A DNA stretch of 38,364 nt from Chiloscyllium plagiosum (GCF_004010195.1 NC_057719.1:91760954-91799317); one strand, 5' to 3'. Shown: positions 1 through 11,864, counted from the first letter of the stretch. The notes: generated from the letters alone by a model not told the origin. Program-made: numbers and translations.

Positions 1-1803
1 TTTGTGCATTTACTGGAAAGGATAAGGCAGGACCTCCAGCGATGGGGAGACCTTCCAATTTCCTGGCTGGGTAGAATAGCACTAATTAAAATGAATGTCC
101 TGCCCCGTCTCCTATATCCTATCAGAATGCTTCCGGTGATGCTGCCGAGGCTGGCACTACGTAAATTATATGGCTGGTTGGGTTCCTTTATCTGGAATCA
201 TAGACGACCCCTCATTAAGCTGAAGAAGCTACAGCTTCCACAGGCAAGGGGAGGATTGGACTTCCCAGATTTTAGGAAATATTAGTTAAGTTCCCTATTA
301 AGTTACATAGCTGATTGGGTCTTGTCTGACCCGCAATCAATCTGACTGGACATCGAGGCTTCTCATGTAAAATACCCACTTATTAACCTTTTATTTTCAG
401 ACAAGAGGAAAATCATTACGGATCACTGTAAAAACCCTATAATACTAAATACAATTAATGCTTGGAATATAATGCGGCAAAATGAGGGCAACTCACATAA
501 AACATCCCCCTATGCTCCGATAGTGGAAGCAAGGGGATTTCAACCGGAATTTACAGATGCCACTTTCAAACTCTGGAGATCCAGGGGTATCTTTTGTTTA
601 GGGGATCTATTTAAAGAATGGGTCCTGATGTCTTTTGAACAGCTACGTCAGAAATTTGGATTACCCAATGGTGACCTCTTTCGATACTTCCAAATTCAAG
701 ATTACATACAGAAGAAGACTATGTTACTAGATAGTCTTTATAAATCAGACAGAGAACGTAGAGTGCTATGGCCAATGGGGGTATCTTCCGTCAGTACTAT
801 ATCATTTACTACATGATGAAGTATCGGGAGATATGAACAATCTACTTGAAACATGGGATCAGGATTTGGGACTAGAAATCTCTATAGAAACGTGGAATGA
901 CATTTGGGAAAACGCCAGAAGAATCACCATCTGCAACAGAAGTCAGGCTATCCAGCTGAAGATACTACATCGGGCCCATATAGCACTGGATCGATTGGCA
1001 AAATTTAAGGCAGGAGCATCTCCAATGTGTCCCAAATATAAAACAGAGGTGGGCACTCTTGTACATTGCCTATGGACCTTTCATAAGATCCGTAGATATT
1101 GGACTAAAGTAGCAAGTGCTCTGACAGAAATCCTAGGAACGGAAATGAGAGTGGACCCTGTATCTCTCCTTTTGGGCTTTTCGAACTTAACCTCCCTGGA
1201 TATGCACGGGAAGAGACTATTTTCTATTCTCTCTTTCTGTGCAAGGAAAAATATTTTGGTGAACTGGGTGGCTGAGGGCCCCCTTGGACTTTCAAATTGG
1301 CACAGATTAATTATGGAATGTATTCCCCTTGACCTCCTTACAAATATGGTGCACCGAAAGACCGAATTATTCCATAAAATATGGCATCCCTTCTTGAATT
1401 ATATGAAAACAGATATCTCAGCCATCCTAACAAGGGCTTTTATTTAATTGAGATGGCGAACCTGGCTGGTCTGGGGCCTCTTGGGAGAGGAATCCCACAC
1501 GAATACAGGTTTTGTTACATTTGATGTTAATACATTCCAAGCATGTAACAATTTCTGTGTTATCCATCGGGTTTTTTTTCTTATTTGAATAATGTAAGAG
1601 ACTTAATTATACACCCTGGTTAGTTGTAGGTTAGATTAGTAATTAGTTGAGCTTTGTTTTTTTTCTTGGTATTTTTCTGTTGTTAAATTTTGGTTATTAT
1701 TTATTTAAGATTTAATCGTATACTAATGTTTATACTTGTTTTTTTTATTCTTGTAAAGTTGTAAAAATGTTAAATTTTCAATAAAAATATCTATTAAAAA
1801 AAA
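1..1803 (+). mobile_element. L1-clade non-LTR retrotransposon, 3' part of ORF2 (disrupted), 3' UTR and poly(A)
   Basis: GRIALIKMNVLPRLLY...RGGLDFPDF post-RT motifs; degenerate zinc knuckle CPKY...HCLW; in-frame stops at 283 and 343, frameshift near 815; T-rich UTR, AATAAA 1780-1785, A-tract 1796-1803. Confidence 0.9.
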
Positions 1804-1992
1804 TGTCTCAACTGTCCAAGGGCAAGAGACTGGCAAGCGTCACTGAGGTAAAGTGTTAAAAAGGTGAGACAGGAATTATATTTCTTTGGGATTGAGTCTC
1901 TGTAATACTGTGTATTGAGAAACAGGTTGAAGATTTGCTGTGATGTTTTTGTTCAGGTCTTCCTGTTTTTCTACATAGATATAGTTTTCAAA

Positions 1993-2217
1993 GGTTGGTT
2001 AGTTCCGTTGGCTGGACAGCTGGTTCGCAATGTAGAGTGATGCCAACAGCATGGGTTCAATTCCCACACCGACTGAGGTGACCACCAAGGACTCTCCATC
2101 TCACCCTCTCCCCTTGACTTAGGTGCAGTGACCCTCAAGTTAAACATACCCGTTGTCTCTCTCTTTCTCTCTAATGAGAGAGTAACTCTATGGTCTGCTA
2201 AGAATATAGTGACTTCT
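1993..2217 (+). mobile_element. tRNA-derived SINE (second copy at 37460-37672)
   Basis: A-box-like TAGTTCCGTTGG and B-box GGTTCAATTCC; body aligns with 37460-37672. Confidence 0.7.
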
Positions 2218-2419
2218 AGATATAGCTTTGGTATTTTCTTTTGTGTAATAAGCATATGTTCTGTTGTTAAAGAACATTTGCAACCTCATGTGAATATGGT
2301 TTAGTGATTAACTACCATATTAATCAACCTCAAAAAATATATTTTCTCTTAAGCCAAGTTTGATTCTGGGATCTGACTTGTCTAGTTTTACCATCAGTTG
2401 GGATCATCACAGAATGATG

Positions 2420-3000
2420 TGTGGCATGGGGTGGGGATCTTATAGATGGTGGCATTCCTCTCCATCTGCTACCCTTATCCGACTAGGTTTTAAGAGTTTT
2501 GGGATGAGAAGGTAATGTCTTGGTGAATTTTTGCAGTGCATCTCATAGGTGGATCACTTAGCCCTGTCTATTGCACATTGCTTCTGCTATTTGGCATGTA
2601 TGTAGCCCTGCACTGTAGGTTCACCTGGTGGATATCTCATTTCCAGAAATTCCCGATGCTGCTCCTGACATGCATTCCTCTACTCTTCATTAAACCAGGG
2701 TTGGTTCCTTGGCTTTATGGTAATGGTAGATTTTGGGATATGCTAAACTATGAGGTGACAAATCTGCAGCATCTGATGGATGCCCAGTCTTGAGTTGATA
2801 AATCTGTCCCATTCAGCATGTTGATGTTACCACATAATGTTATGGAGAGTATCATCAGTGTGAAGGTGGGACTTTGTCTCCACAAGGACTGTGTGGTGAT
2901 CACTTTGTGGCAGGCAGATTAATGAAGATGAGGCCAAGTACACTTTTTTTCTCTTCCTATTTTCCTCACCACCTGCTACACACCCAATCAACCAGTTATG
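2420..3000 (-). mobile_element. Decayed LINE fragments related to the 33010-36090 family
   Basis: Reverse complement resembles segments near 33050-33250 and 35750-35840; no intact ORF. Confidence 0.55.
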
Positions 3001-3167
3001 AACGTTTGGACTCGACAGGATATGTGATGAGGATCAAATATCCTTTCAACCTTCTCCTCTTGTAGATTATCAACCCCAATTGCCTCAGACCTATCGATGT
3101 AACTCAAATCCATTATCCCTGGAATCATTGTGAATGTTTCATGTATGCACACCAAAGCCTTCAAAGT

Positions 3168-4010
3168 CAGAATTCAACCTGGAAAAGTGTAAAATGATTC
3201 ACTTGGGAAGGTCAAATTTGAATGCAGGTGACAGGGCTAAAGGCAGGATTCTTAGCAGTGTGAAGGGACAGAGGGATGTTGGGGTCCTTGTCCATAGATC
3301 CCTCAAAGTTGCCACCCAAGTTGACCGGATTGTTAAAAAGACGAAGGTGTGTTAGCTTTCACTAGCAGGGGGATTGAGTTTAAGAGCCACGAGGTTATGC
3401 TGCAACTCTGACAGAAATGATGGACTGTCACCAAATTTACAGATGACACAAAACTGTGGGAAGGCAAGTAGTGAGGATGATACAAGGAATGTAAAAAGGG
3501 TTATCAACAGACTAGGTCAGCTAGCAAAAACCTGGCAGATAGAATATAATATGGGAAAATGTGAGATTGTGCACTTTGCAGAAGGAATGTAAGGGTTAAG
3601 GATGTCTGAAAATGGTTAAAGCATATTGTTAAAGGAGAGAGTGAGAAGCCACAAGTTGTTGTACATGTTAGTAGGAACGATATTGGGAAATAGTTAAGTC
3701 TTTGCAAGGTTCATTTAAAAGGTTAGGTAGGTTAAAAAACAGAACCTCAAAGGTAATAATCTCTGGTTTATTCCTGTTGCCATATTCTAATGCGAATAGG
3801 AATAAAAAGATAGGGCAGATAAATCAATGGCTGAAGAGATGGTGCAATGTTTAATTTTTGGACCAGGATCTCTTCTGGACAAAAAAAAAGACCTGCTGAA
3901 AAGGGATGGGTATCACTTAAGTTGAGAAGGGACCACTATCCTGCTGGGGAGATGTGCTACTTCTATTATGGAAGCCTTTAAGCTGGTAGAGAAGCAGGGT
4001 AGAAGATTCC
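3168..4010 (+). mobile_element. CR1-type LINE fragments: RT C-terminus and ORF1 SGNH-esterase remnant
   Basis: FNLEKCKMIHLG and WQIEYNMGKCEIVHF (RT C-terminal region); 3600-3960 gives VVVHVSRNDIG...KVIISGL...RDGYHL, typical of the CR1 ORF1 esterase. Confidence 0.7.
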
Positions 4011-4086
4011 TAAGTAGCAGTAAAAATAGAAAGACAGAGAAGGATGATTCTGAATCAGAAAAGAGCAAGTTAATTAGAAAAGGCAG

Positions 4087-4470
4087 ATGAACAAGTCAGT
4101 GATGCGTGTATGGAATGAACTGCCAGAGGTCGTGATAGAGGCTGGTACAATTATAACATTTAAAAGGTATCTGGATGGGTGTATGAATAGGAAGGGTTTA
4201 AAGAGATATGGGTTGAGAGTGTGTTGCTGGAAAAGCACAGCAGGTCAGGCAGCATCCGAGAAGCAGGAAAGTCGACGTTTCGGGCTGGAGCCCTTCATCG
4301 GGAATGAGGCTTGGAGCCTTGGGGGTGGAGAGATAAGTTAAAGGGATCTGGGCCAAGTGCTGGCAAATGGGGCTAGATTAGTTTTGGATATCTGGTTGGC
4401 ATGGATGAGTTGGACCGAAGGGTCTTTTTCCATGCTATACATCTCTAGGACTCTATGCCTCTAACTCTAT
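4087..4470 (+). mobile_element. CR1/HER1-type LINE 3' end interrupted by a PLE terminus (4213-4337)
   Basis: VWNELPEVVIEAGTIITFKRYLD ORF2 C-terminus and 3' tail ...GGACCGAAGGGTC...CTCTATG repeats. Confidence 0.8.
4213..4337 (-). mobile_element. PLE-terminus insertion (family A) with mutated hammerhead core
   Basis: Minus-strand core CCGATGA-A-GGGC-TCCA-GCCC-GAAACGTC 4274-4301; imperfect 15-bp flanking duplication 4198-4212 / 4338-4352. Confidence 0.75.
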
Positions 4471-4489
4471 AAAGTCCTGGTTAGACAGC

Positions 4490-4920
4490 ACCAGGATGCT
4501 GTCTGGACTGGAGAGCAAAGAAAGGTTGAGGGAGGTAGGGCTTTTCTCATTGGAGCGAAGAAGGATGAAAGCTGACTTGATAGAAATGTACAAGATGATG
4601 AGAGGCAGAGACAAAGTGGATAGTCAGAGACTTTTTCCCAGGGCGGAAATGGCTATCACAAGAGGGCATAATTTTAAGTGATTGGTGGAAGGTTTGGGGA
4701 GATATCAAAGGTAGGTTCTTTACACAGAGAGTAGTGGGTGCATGGAAGCACTGCTAGCAATGGTAGTAGAGTCAGATACATTAGGGACAATTAAGCAACT
4801 CTTAGATAGGCACATGGAAGATAGGTTAGTCTAATCTTAGAGTAGGATAAATGGTTAGCACAACATTGAGGGCTGAAGGGCCAGTACTGTGTTTACTGTT
4901 CTATGTTCTATATGTTCCTA
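4490..4920 (+). mobile_element. CR1-type LINE 3' end
   Basis: LFSLERRRMKADLIEMYKMMRG...TRGHNFK; tail GGGCTGAAGGGCC...(TTCTATG)n. Confidence 0.85.
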
Positions 4921-5194
4921 AATGAGTCATGAGGGGCAGAATTTTGGTCTGTCCTCCCAGAAGTTAGTCCCCATTGAACTTTGACAATCTATCCTTATTC
5001 CAGTCCTCTTACCATAAAGCGACAGACACAACTTAATAGCAGTACTATCAAGAGTCATACAGTTGATGCAATATAAGAAGGAGCCCATTTGGGCTATTAA
5101 GTCTGTGATAAAGAGGAGCCTCTCCCAACATACTGCACTCTGAGTTCTAGATGGCATTTGACAAGATGTCACACAAAAGTGTGTGAGTAAACAC

Positions 5195-6092
5195 CTGGCA
5201 ATGGAATATAACGTGGAAAAGTTTAAAGTTATCACTTTAGCAGGAAAAAAGGAAAAAAGCAAAGTATTAATTAACTGGAGAATGACTGCAGAATTCATTC
5301 TGAAGGGATTAAGGTTTTCTAGTGCACAAGTTACAAAGGTATGCGGATACAGCAAGTAATTAACAAGGCTAATTGCAAGTTATACTTTATTCCAAGAGGA
5401 ATTTAACATAACAGTAGGGATTTGATGCTTCAATCATATATGGCATTAAGGAGATAAAATCATGAACTCTGGGAGCAGTTTTGGTTTCCTTATTTTAGAA
5501 GGATGTAATTTGACTCACAGGCAGTTTACTAGATTGATACAGTTGAGCAGATTGAACGAGCAGATTGTTGTAGAAAGGTTGGACTGATTTTGGTTTGTTT
5601 CACTGGAACGTGAAAGAGTGAGGAATGACACCTGAACAGTCTTCACAAGGTGGATACGGGTGAATCCAGACTAGGGAGCACAGTTTTCAAATTAGGGATT
5701 GTTCTTTTAGTACAGGGATGATGAGAAATGTTTCCCTTAGAAGCTTGTGAGACTTGGAACATTGAGAAAGTGAGGACTGCAGATGCTGGAAACCAGAGTT
5801 TTGAAAAATGTGATGCTGGAAAAACACAGCAGGCCAGGCAGCATCAAAGGAGAATCGACGTTTCGGGCATAAGCCCTTCCTCACATTTTTCAAGACTTGG
5901 AACTTTGTCTCAGAAGGCTATTGAGGCAACACAACTGAATATCTTTAATATGAAGGTTTCTAGATTCTTTGTTAGACAAGGGAATCAAACATTTCATGGG
6001 TAGATTGGAAATGCTGAATTTGAAACATAAACAGATCAGCCATGATGGCACAGCAGACTTGATAGGCTGAATATCATACTTCTGCTCTTAAT
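5195..6092 (+). mobile_element. Old CR1-type LINE 3' fragment interrupted by a PLE terminus
   Basis: Degenerate RT C-terminal and 3' UTR motifs; insertion at 5761-5892. Confidence 0.6.
5761..5892 (-). mobile_element. PLE-terminus insertion (family A)
   Basis: Tail GAGAAAGTGAGGACTGCAGATGCTGG...; hammerhead-like core 5857-5884 (GTGAGGA variant); TSD AGACTTGGAAC 5750-5760 / 5893-5903. Confidence 0.8.
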
Positions 6093-6425
6093 TAGAGTCA
6101 TAGAGGTGTACAGCACGGAAACGGACCCTTCGGTCCAACCCGTCCATGCCGACCAGATATCCCAACCCAATCTAGTCCCACCTGCCAGCACCCGGCCCAT
6201 ATCACTCCAAACCCTTCCTATTCATATACCCATCCAAATGCATCTTAAATGTTGTAATTGCACCAGCCTCCACCACTTCCTCTGGCAGTTCATTCCATAC
6301 ACGTACCACCCTCTGCGTGAAAAAGTTGCCCCATAGGTCTCTTTTATATCATTCCCCTCTCACCCTAAACCTATATCCTCTAGTTCTGGACTCCTCGACA
6401 CCAGGGAAAAGACCTTGCCTATTTA
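6093..6425 (-). mobile_element. CR1/HER1-type LINE 3' end
   Basis: Reverse complement of the 4087-4470 and 23296-23485 type 3' end. Confidence 0.85.
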
Positions 6426-6594
6426 ATTGATGTGTTTGTAAATCCATGCTGGTTCTATTTAGAGCAAAACATTTAATTCCTTACCCTATTCTCACTGCAT
6501 CTGTCCACCACCCTCCAAACCCTGCAAGCTTACTTGAATCAGACACCCATCTAATTTTCTTTGGAAATCATCAGAAACCCACATTCCAGACTGC

Positions 6595-7205
6595 AATCTA
6601 GTACTGAGGGTGTGCAGCACCGTTGGATATTAAATCAAGGCTCCAACTCAAGTGGGTGCAAAATATTCTATCATCGTAGAATAGAATCGTAGATTCCCTT
6701 CAGTGCAGAAAGAAGCCATTCAGCCCAACAAGTCTGGACTAAACCTCCAAAGATAATTCTACCTAGTTGCATCCCCCCTAACCCTATCCCCATTACCCTG
6801 CATTTACTAATACACCTAGCTTGCACATCCCTGGACACTAAGGGGCAATTTAGAATGGCCAAACCATGTAACCTAAACATCTTTGGACTGTGGGAGGAAA
6901 CAGGAGCACCCAGCAGAAGGCCACGCAGACATAGGGAAAAGTGCAAACTCCACACAGACAGTCACCGAAGGCTGGAATCGAACCCAAATCCCTGGAGCTG
7001 TGAAGCAGCAGCATCTTGTCAAGAAGAGCAATACTAATCCAAAAACAAATGACCAGAAAATCTGGTCAGTTATGGTGTTTCTGGAACTTCGCTAACTGCA
7101 AGTTTGCTCATCCAATTCCTACATTATGATGATCACTGGACTTTATTGGCTGTAAAGTTCTGAGATCCTGAAAGCTGCAATACAAACGAAAATCTCTTTC
7201 TTTCA
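6595..7205 (+). mobile_element. Deu-type SINE (SacSINE1/AmnSINE1-like) interrupted by HE1
   Basis: GTACTGAGGG-GTGC core and tail TTCCTACATT...ATTGGCTGTAAAG...CTTTCTTT; family assignment from recall. Confidence 0.55.
6677..7012 (-). mobile_element. HE1-type V-SINE
   Basis: V-domain (TGTGTGGAGTTTGCAC...TTTCCTCCCACAGTCCAAAGATG) on the minus strand with a CR1-like tail. Confidence 0.88.
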
Positions 7206-8159
7206 TGTCTCTCTCTTTGGTGTAACCCATCCTATGTTTTCATTTCCCTGGTATCTATTACAATGTCAGCTCTTTAAAAGAGTTACTAAGGTAGCCCTAG
7301 AAACCCCTTCACCCCATTTGCTCTCTGTAGCCATGTAAATATTTACTTTTTTAAACATGTATAATCCTTTTTAAAATTTATTATTGAATGTGCTTCCAAT
7401 ATCCTTCCAGGAAACGCATTCCAAGTCAGGTCACCTTATTATGCAAGAAAAAAAAGCCTCCTCACCTCTCCTTTCTCTTCCACTTGTGCCAACAGGTTGA
7501 TGTTAAGAAGGAGGATGTGCTGGAAATTTTGAAACACGGGATAGACAAGTCCTCTGAGCCATGTGGGATATACCCAAGGTTACTACAGGAAGCAAGGGAA
7601 GAGATTTTTGTGCCTTTGGTGATGATCTTTGCATCCTCACTGTCTATGGAGTAGTGGCGGATGATTAGAGTGTGGCAAATGCTATTCCCCTTGGTCGAGA
7701 AAAGGAATAGAGATAACTCTAGGAATTACAGACCAGTCAGTCTTACGCCAGTGGTGAGCAAATTATTGGAGAGGATTTTGTGAGACAGGATTTATGATTA
7801 TTTGGAGAAGCATAGTTTGATTAGAGGTAGTCAGCATGGCTTTGTGAGGGGCAGGTTATGCCTCACAAGCCTTATTGAATTATTTGAGGAAGTGACAAAA
7901 CATATTGATGAAGGTAGAGCAGTGGATGTGGTGAATATGGATTTTAGCAAGGCATTTGATAAGGTTCCCCTTGGTAGGCTCATTCAGAAAGTAATGGAGG
8001 CATTAGATATAGGGAAATTTGGTGGTCTGCATACAGAATTAGCTGGCCCATAGAAGACAAAGGGTGGTAGTTAATGGAAAGTATTCTGCCTGGAGCTTGG
8101 TGACCAATGGTGTTTGGCTCTTTGTGATATTTATAAATGACTTGGATGAGGAAGTGGAG

Positions 8160-8219
8160 CTGAAAAAAGCAGCTGAAAATGTGTTGCTGGAAAAGCGCAG
8201 CAGGTCAGGCAGCATCCAG
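8160..8219 (-). mobile_element. Short PLE-terminus fragment (family A) with 34-bp flanking duplication
   Basis: GATATTTATAAATGACTTGGATGAGGAAGTGGAG at 8126-8159 and 8220-8253. Confidence 0.8.
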
Positions 8220-8546
8220 GATATTTATAAATGACTTGGATGAGGAAGTGGAGGGTTAGTAAGTTTGCCGATGACACAAAGGTTGGTGGAGTTATGGTTA
8301 GTGTGGAGGGCTGTTGTAGGATGCAGTGGGACATTGACAGGATGCAGAGCTGGGCTAGGAAATGACAGATGGAGTTCAACCTGGAAAAGTGTGAAGTGAT
8401 TCATTTTGGAAGGTCAAATTTGAATGCAGAATACAGGGTTAAAGGTAGGCAGTGTGGAGAAACAGAGGGATCTTGGGGTCCATGTCCATTGATCCCTCAA
8501 AGTTGCAACCCAAGTTGTTAAGGTTGTTAAGAAGGCATATGGTGTA

Positions 8547-8771
8547 TGAAAGAGTGTGGTGCTGGAAAAGCACAGCCGGTCAGGCAGCATCCGAGGAGCA
8601 AGGAGAATCGATGTTTCAGGCATAAGCCCTTCATCAAGAGTTTCTGAAGAAGGGCTTATGCCTGAAATGTTGACTCTCGTACTTCTCGAATGCTGCCTGA
8701 TCAGCTGTGCTTTTCCAGCACCATACTCTTCCACTCTGATCTCAAGCATCTGCAGTCCTTACTTTCTCCTC
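8547..8771. mobile_element. Fold-back PLE-terminus insertion (family A), decayed hammerhead on both arms
   Basis: Inverted arms centred near 8640; plus-strand core CTGAAGA-A-GGGC-TTAT-GCCT-GAAATGTT 8644-8671; one-sided tail to 8771. Confidence 0.85.
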
Positions 8772-9060
8772 GTGTGCTGTGTTGACTTTCATTAGTAGGG
8801 GGACTGAGTTTAAAAGCAAGGTTATGTTGCAGCTCTATAAATCCCTGGTTAGACCTCACTCAGAATATTGTACTCAGTTCTGGTCACTTCATTATAGGAA
8901 GGATTATAGAGGGTGCAGAGGAGATTTACCAGGATGCTGCCTGAACTGGAGGGCTTGCCTTATGAAGAAAGGTTGCGGGAGCTAGGACTTTTCTCATTGG
9001 AGTGAAGAAGCATGAGAGCTGACTTGATAGAGATGTACAAGATGGTGAGGCATTGATAGA

Positions 9061-9121
9061 GTGTACAAAGTTAAAAATCACACAACACCAGGTTATAGTC
9101 CAACAGGTTTAATTGGAAGCA
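9061..9121 (-). mobile_element. PLE family B terminus (left inverted arm)
   Basis: Perfect 61-bp reverse complement of 13179-13239. Confidence 0.85.
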
Positions 9122-9403
9122 GCTGAAAATGTGTTGCTGGAAAAGCGCAGCAGGTCAGGCAGCATCCAGGGAACAGGAGAATCGACGTTTCGGGCATAAG
9201 CCCTTCTTCAGGAATGAGGAAAGTTTGTCCAGCAGGCTAAGATAAAAGGTAGGGAGGAGGGACTTGGGGGAGGGGCGTCGGAAATGTGATAGGTGGAAAG
9301 AGGTCAAGGTGAGGGTGATAGGTCAGACGGGGGTGGGGGCGGAGAGGTCGGGAAGAAGATTGCAGGTTAGGAAGGCGGTGCTGAGTTCGATGGATTTGAC
9401 TGA
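9122..9403 (-). mobile_element. Apparently young PLE family A 3' region running into the gap
   Basis: Terminus, intact hammerhead core and pyrimidine-rich (minus-strand) upstream sequence; CpGs preserved. Confidence 0.8.
9184..9211 (-). ncRNA. Minimal type I hammerhead ribozyme core (PLE family A)
   Basis: CUGAAGA-A-GGGC(UUAU)GCCC-GAAACGUC; palindromic ACGU in place of stem III. Confidence 0.75.
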
Positions 9404-9758
9404 NNNNNNNNNNNNNNNNNNNNNNNNNNNNNNNNNNNNNNNNNNNNNNNNNNNNNNNNNNNNNNNNNNNNNNNNNNNNNNNNNNNNNNNNNNNNNNNNN
9501 NNNNNNNNNNNNNNNNNNNNNNNNNNNNNNNNNNNNNNNNNNNNNNNNNNNNNNNNNNNNNNNNNNNNNNNNNNNNNNNNNNNNNNNNNNNNNNNNNNNN
9601 NNNNNNNNNNNNNNNNNNNNNNNNNNNNNNNNNNNNNNNNNNNNNNNNNNNNNNNNNNNNNNNNNNNNNNNNNNNNNNNNNNNNNNNNNNNNNNNNNNNN
9701 NNNNNNNNNNNNNNNNNNNNNNNNNNNNNNNNNNNNNNNNNNNNNNNNNNNNNNNNNN
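9404..9758. other. Assembly gap (355 N)
   Basis: Run of N. Confidence 1.
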
Positions 9759-9857
9759 TGAGGGGGTGTCACACTCTCCGAGGGGAGGGGGCTGAGGGGG
9801 AGGGCACTCTCTGAGGGGAGGGGGTGAGGGGGAGGGGGTCGGGAACCTACCACTCAC

Positions 9858-9908
9858 GGAGCAGATGAGGAACAGGACGCCCGGCAGCTCCCACATCATT
9901 GAGTCCAT
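9858..9908 (-). CDS. Candidate first coding exon of an unidentified gene (signal-peptide-like)
   Basis: ATG 9908, MDSMMWELPGVLFLICS (17 codons), then a strong donor TCC|GTGAGT; CpG-rich context with promoter-like DNA upstream. No compatible downstream exon was found. Confidence 0.5.
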
Positions 9909-10460
9909 CGACAGCGACGCCCGGGGGGAGGGGAGGGGAGCTGGGGGGGTGAGCTGGCTCCAATCCCGAAGATCCCGAGGAAACCCCCGGGGGGTGGTGA
10001 GTGGGGAGGGGGAGCGGAGGAACGTTCCGGGAGGAAATCACTCCGTGCCCGGGGAGCGGAGAGGGACAGGAAACGGGAAATGCAGACCCCGCCTGGATAA
10101 TAAACGCTGGTGTCGGCCATAACCCCAACTTCCTGTTTGGTAATTTATAGAAAAGCAGATTTCCGACCCCAAACTGTCGAAGTCGATCTGTTTGTGCACA
10201 GAGCTGGCCCTTTCGGGGCTGACCTTGTGGACCACCCCTTGACGTTCCGGGTTTATGGATTGTGACTCCCTCCCACTCCCCCCTCCCCATAGCCAGCCTC
10301 TTACACACAGGGTCTGACCGCTGTGCCTCGATCCCAGTAACTAGATCCCTACAGATCCCCGGAATCCGCTCCGCGCGCCCCGACAGGGACATCGGAGCCA
10401 GGGCACCGGGATCCTCTCGCTGAGACTCCATCCCGATCCCCTTCTGGCTGGAGCAGGGAT
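9909..10460 (-). promoter_or_regulatory. CpG-rich promoter-like region upstream of the 9908 exon
   Basis: High CpG/GC; ETS-type site AACTTCCTG near 10127-10135; GGAAACGGGAAA near 10069-10080; G-tracts. Confidence 0.5.
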
Positions 10461-10694
10461 CGGAGGCCGTCTTCCCCTGCTCCCAGTGCGGCCTACACCT
10501 CTCCCTCTCTGCACCACCCCCCCCCTCAGAGGGCAGGCAATGGACTCCTTAAGCCTGGGGCTGGGAACGCATGGGCTCAAAGCTGTGATCCCATTCCATC
10601 ACTCGGGCTGATCCGCGGGGCCTGCCGTTCTCCATGCCTGCCATCGGAGAGCGTTGGGAGGCTACATGAATGCAGCTTCCTCGGGCACCAGGAC

Positions 10695-10802
10695 CTGGAG
10701 TGAACCCTGAGCCAGGAGTAGGCCCTCAATCAGGAGTAGGCCCTAAATGTCGAGTCGGTCCTAAATCTGGAGTAGGCCTTGAATCTGGAGTAGGCCCCAC
10801 GT
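10695..10802. repeat. 18-bp tandem repeat, 6 degenerate units
   Basis: Consensus about CWGGAGTAGGCCCTAAAT; units start at 10695, 10713, 10731, 10749, 10767, 10785. Confidence 0.85.
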
Positions 10803-11864
10803 CTCGAGTCATATTGCGGAAGAATCAATCGCTCCATGCTCAATAAAAATAAAACCACCAGGAGACGCAGAAACTCCCTCACGAAATTAAACTTTAAATC
10901 TTGCACAATCAGAGCTGTGGGAGCCAGCAAAATGTCTTCCTGAGCCCTCCCACAATCTCTCTGTCCCCCTGCAACTTACACAGTTATTCTTCCCGTACTT
11001 ATCTGATGGATGGCATTAGCACACCCAATCCTGCATTGCCTTTCTAAGGTAATCATCGTCAGCCACCCCGGTTCCCGCGTTCACGTTTAACCTATCTCAC
11101 GACAACGCCATCGCCTTCAGCATTAGCTCACCTCCCAGTCACTTAACTAACGTGTCGAGCAGTGCACTCCCATTATCTGTCACCGGAGCCCTGTAACGTG
11201 ATCCCAGGCGGACATTGAAACACGACGTTAACCGCGTAACTGCCAGAGTGACTTCCATTTCGTTCCCCCCAACGGGCGTCACACAGGGAAAGAACACGGG
11301 GAGGCTGAACGCCCAAAGGCCCAAATGCATCGACAGAGCCACCGAAAGCGGGCAATAACAATTTCCAGGGCCCAGACCTCGAAGGGTTCTCCCTCCACAC
11401 CTGGAGCCACAGACAACAGAAAAACCCGTTCCCCCGATGACTGGAAAAGGAGGGGGTGGGGGGGGTGGAAAAAAAGACCCACAGACCCAGGACGATCCAA
11501 ACACGCGCACAAGTCTTCATCGGAACAAGGTTTCGTCACCACAGCAGACGTCGAAGCAGAGCCCGCAGTGGAGGGGGGGAGGCTGGACCAGAGTTTACTG
11601 GGACAAACAGAGATCCGTCCGGCAGCAAGACACACTGAACACTAAGCACAGACTTTAACGAAAGGAAGGGCACGGCCTTAGCGAGCCACACCCAACCCGC
11701 AACAATCCCAAACGTAGCGAGCCAAGCGCCCCCCCCTCCCTTCCCACCACTCCCCGATCTCCCCAAAACACCAGCCACCGCGTCACCCGGCCAGCCACAT
11801 TCCAATGCAGGGAGGGCAGAGTGATCAATAAACCGCAACGGGTACCATTCTAGTCAATACCCCG

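Larger units (their letters stand above)
7490..9063 (+). mobile_element. CR1-type LINE ORF2 (RT) remnant, 5' part; continues at 13267-13585
   Basis: SQHGFVRGRLCLTSLIE...VDVVNMDFSKAFDKVP and KFADDTK; stops and frameshifts; two PLE insertions inside. Confidence 0.92.

Noticed and set aside
1..1447. Host protein-coding gene
   Set aside because: L1-clade ORF2 with stops, a frameshift and a poly(A) tail.
9237..9908. 165-223 aa ORFs full of X
   Set aside because: They read through the N gap.
9858..9908. Assigning the exon to UBR1 (human neighbour of TMEM62), THBS1 or CD44
   Set aside because: Peptide and exon phase do not convincingly match what I recall of these genes, so it is left unnamed.
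10940..11860. Structured ncRNA such as telomerase RNA, or a coding exon
   Set aside because: No CTAACCCT template or other recognisable RNA motif; the overlapping ORFs are low-complexity products of high GC.
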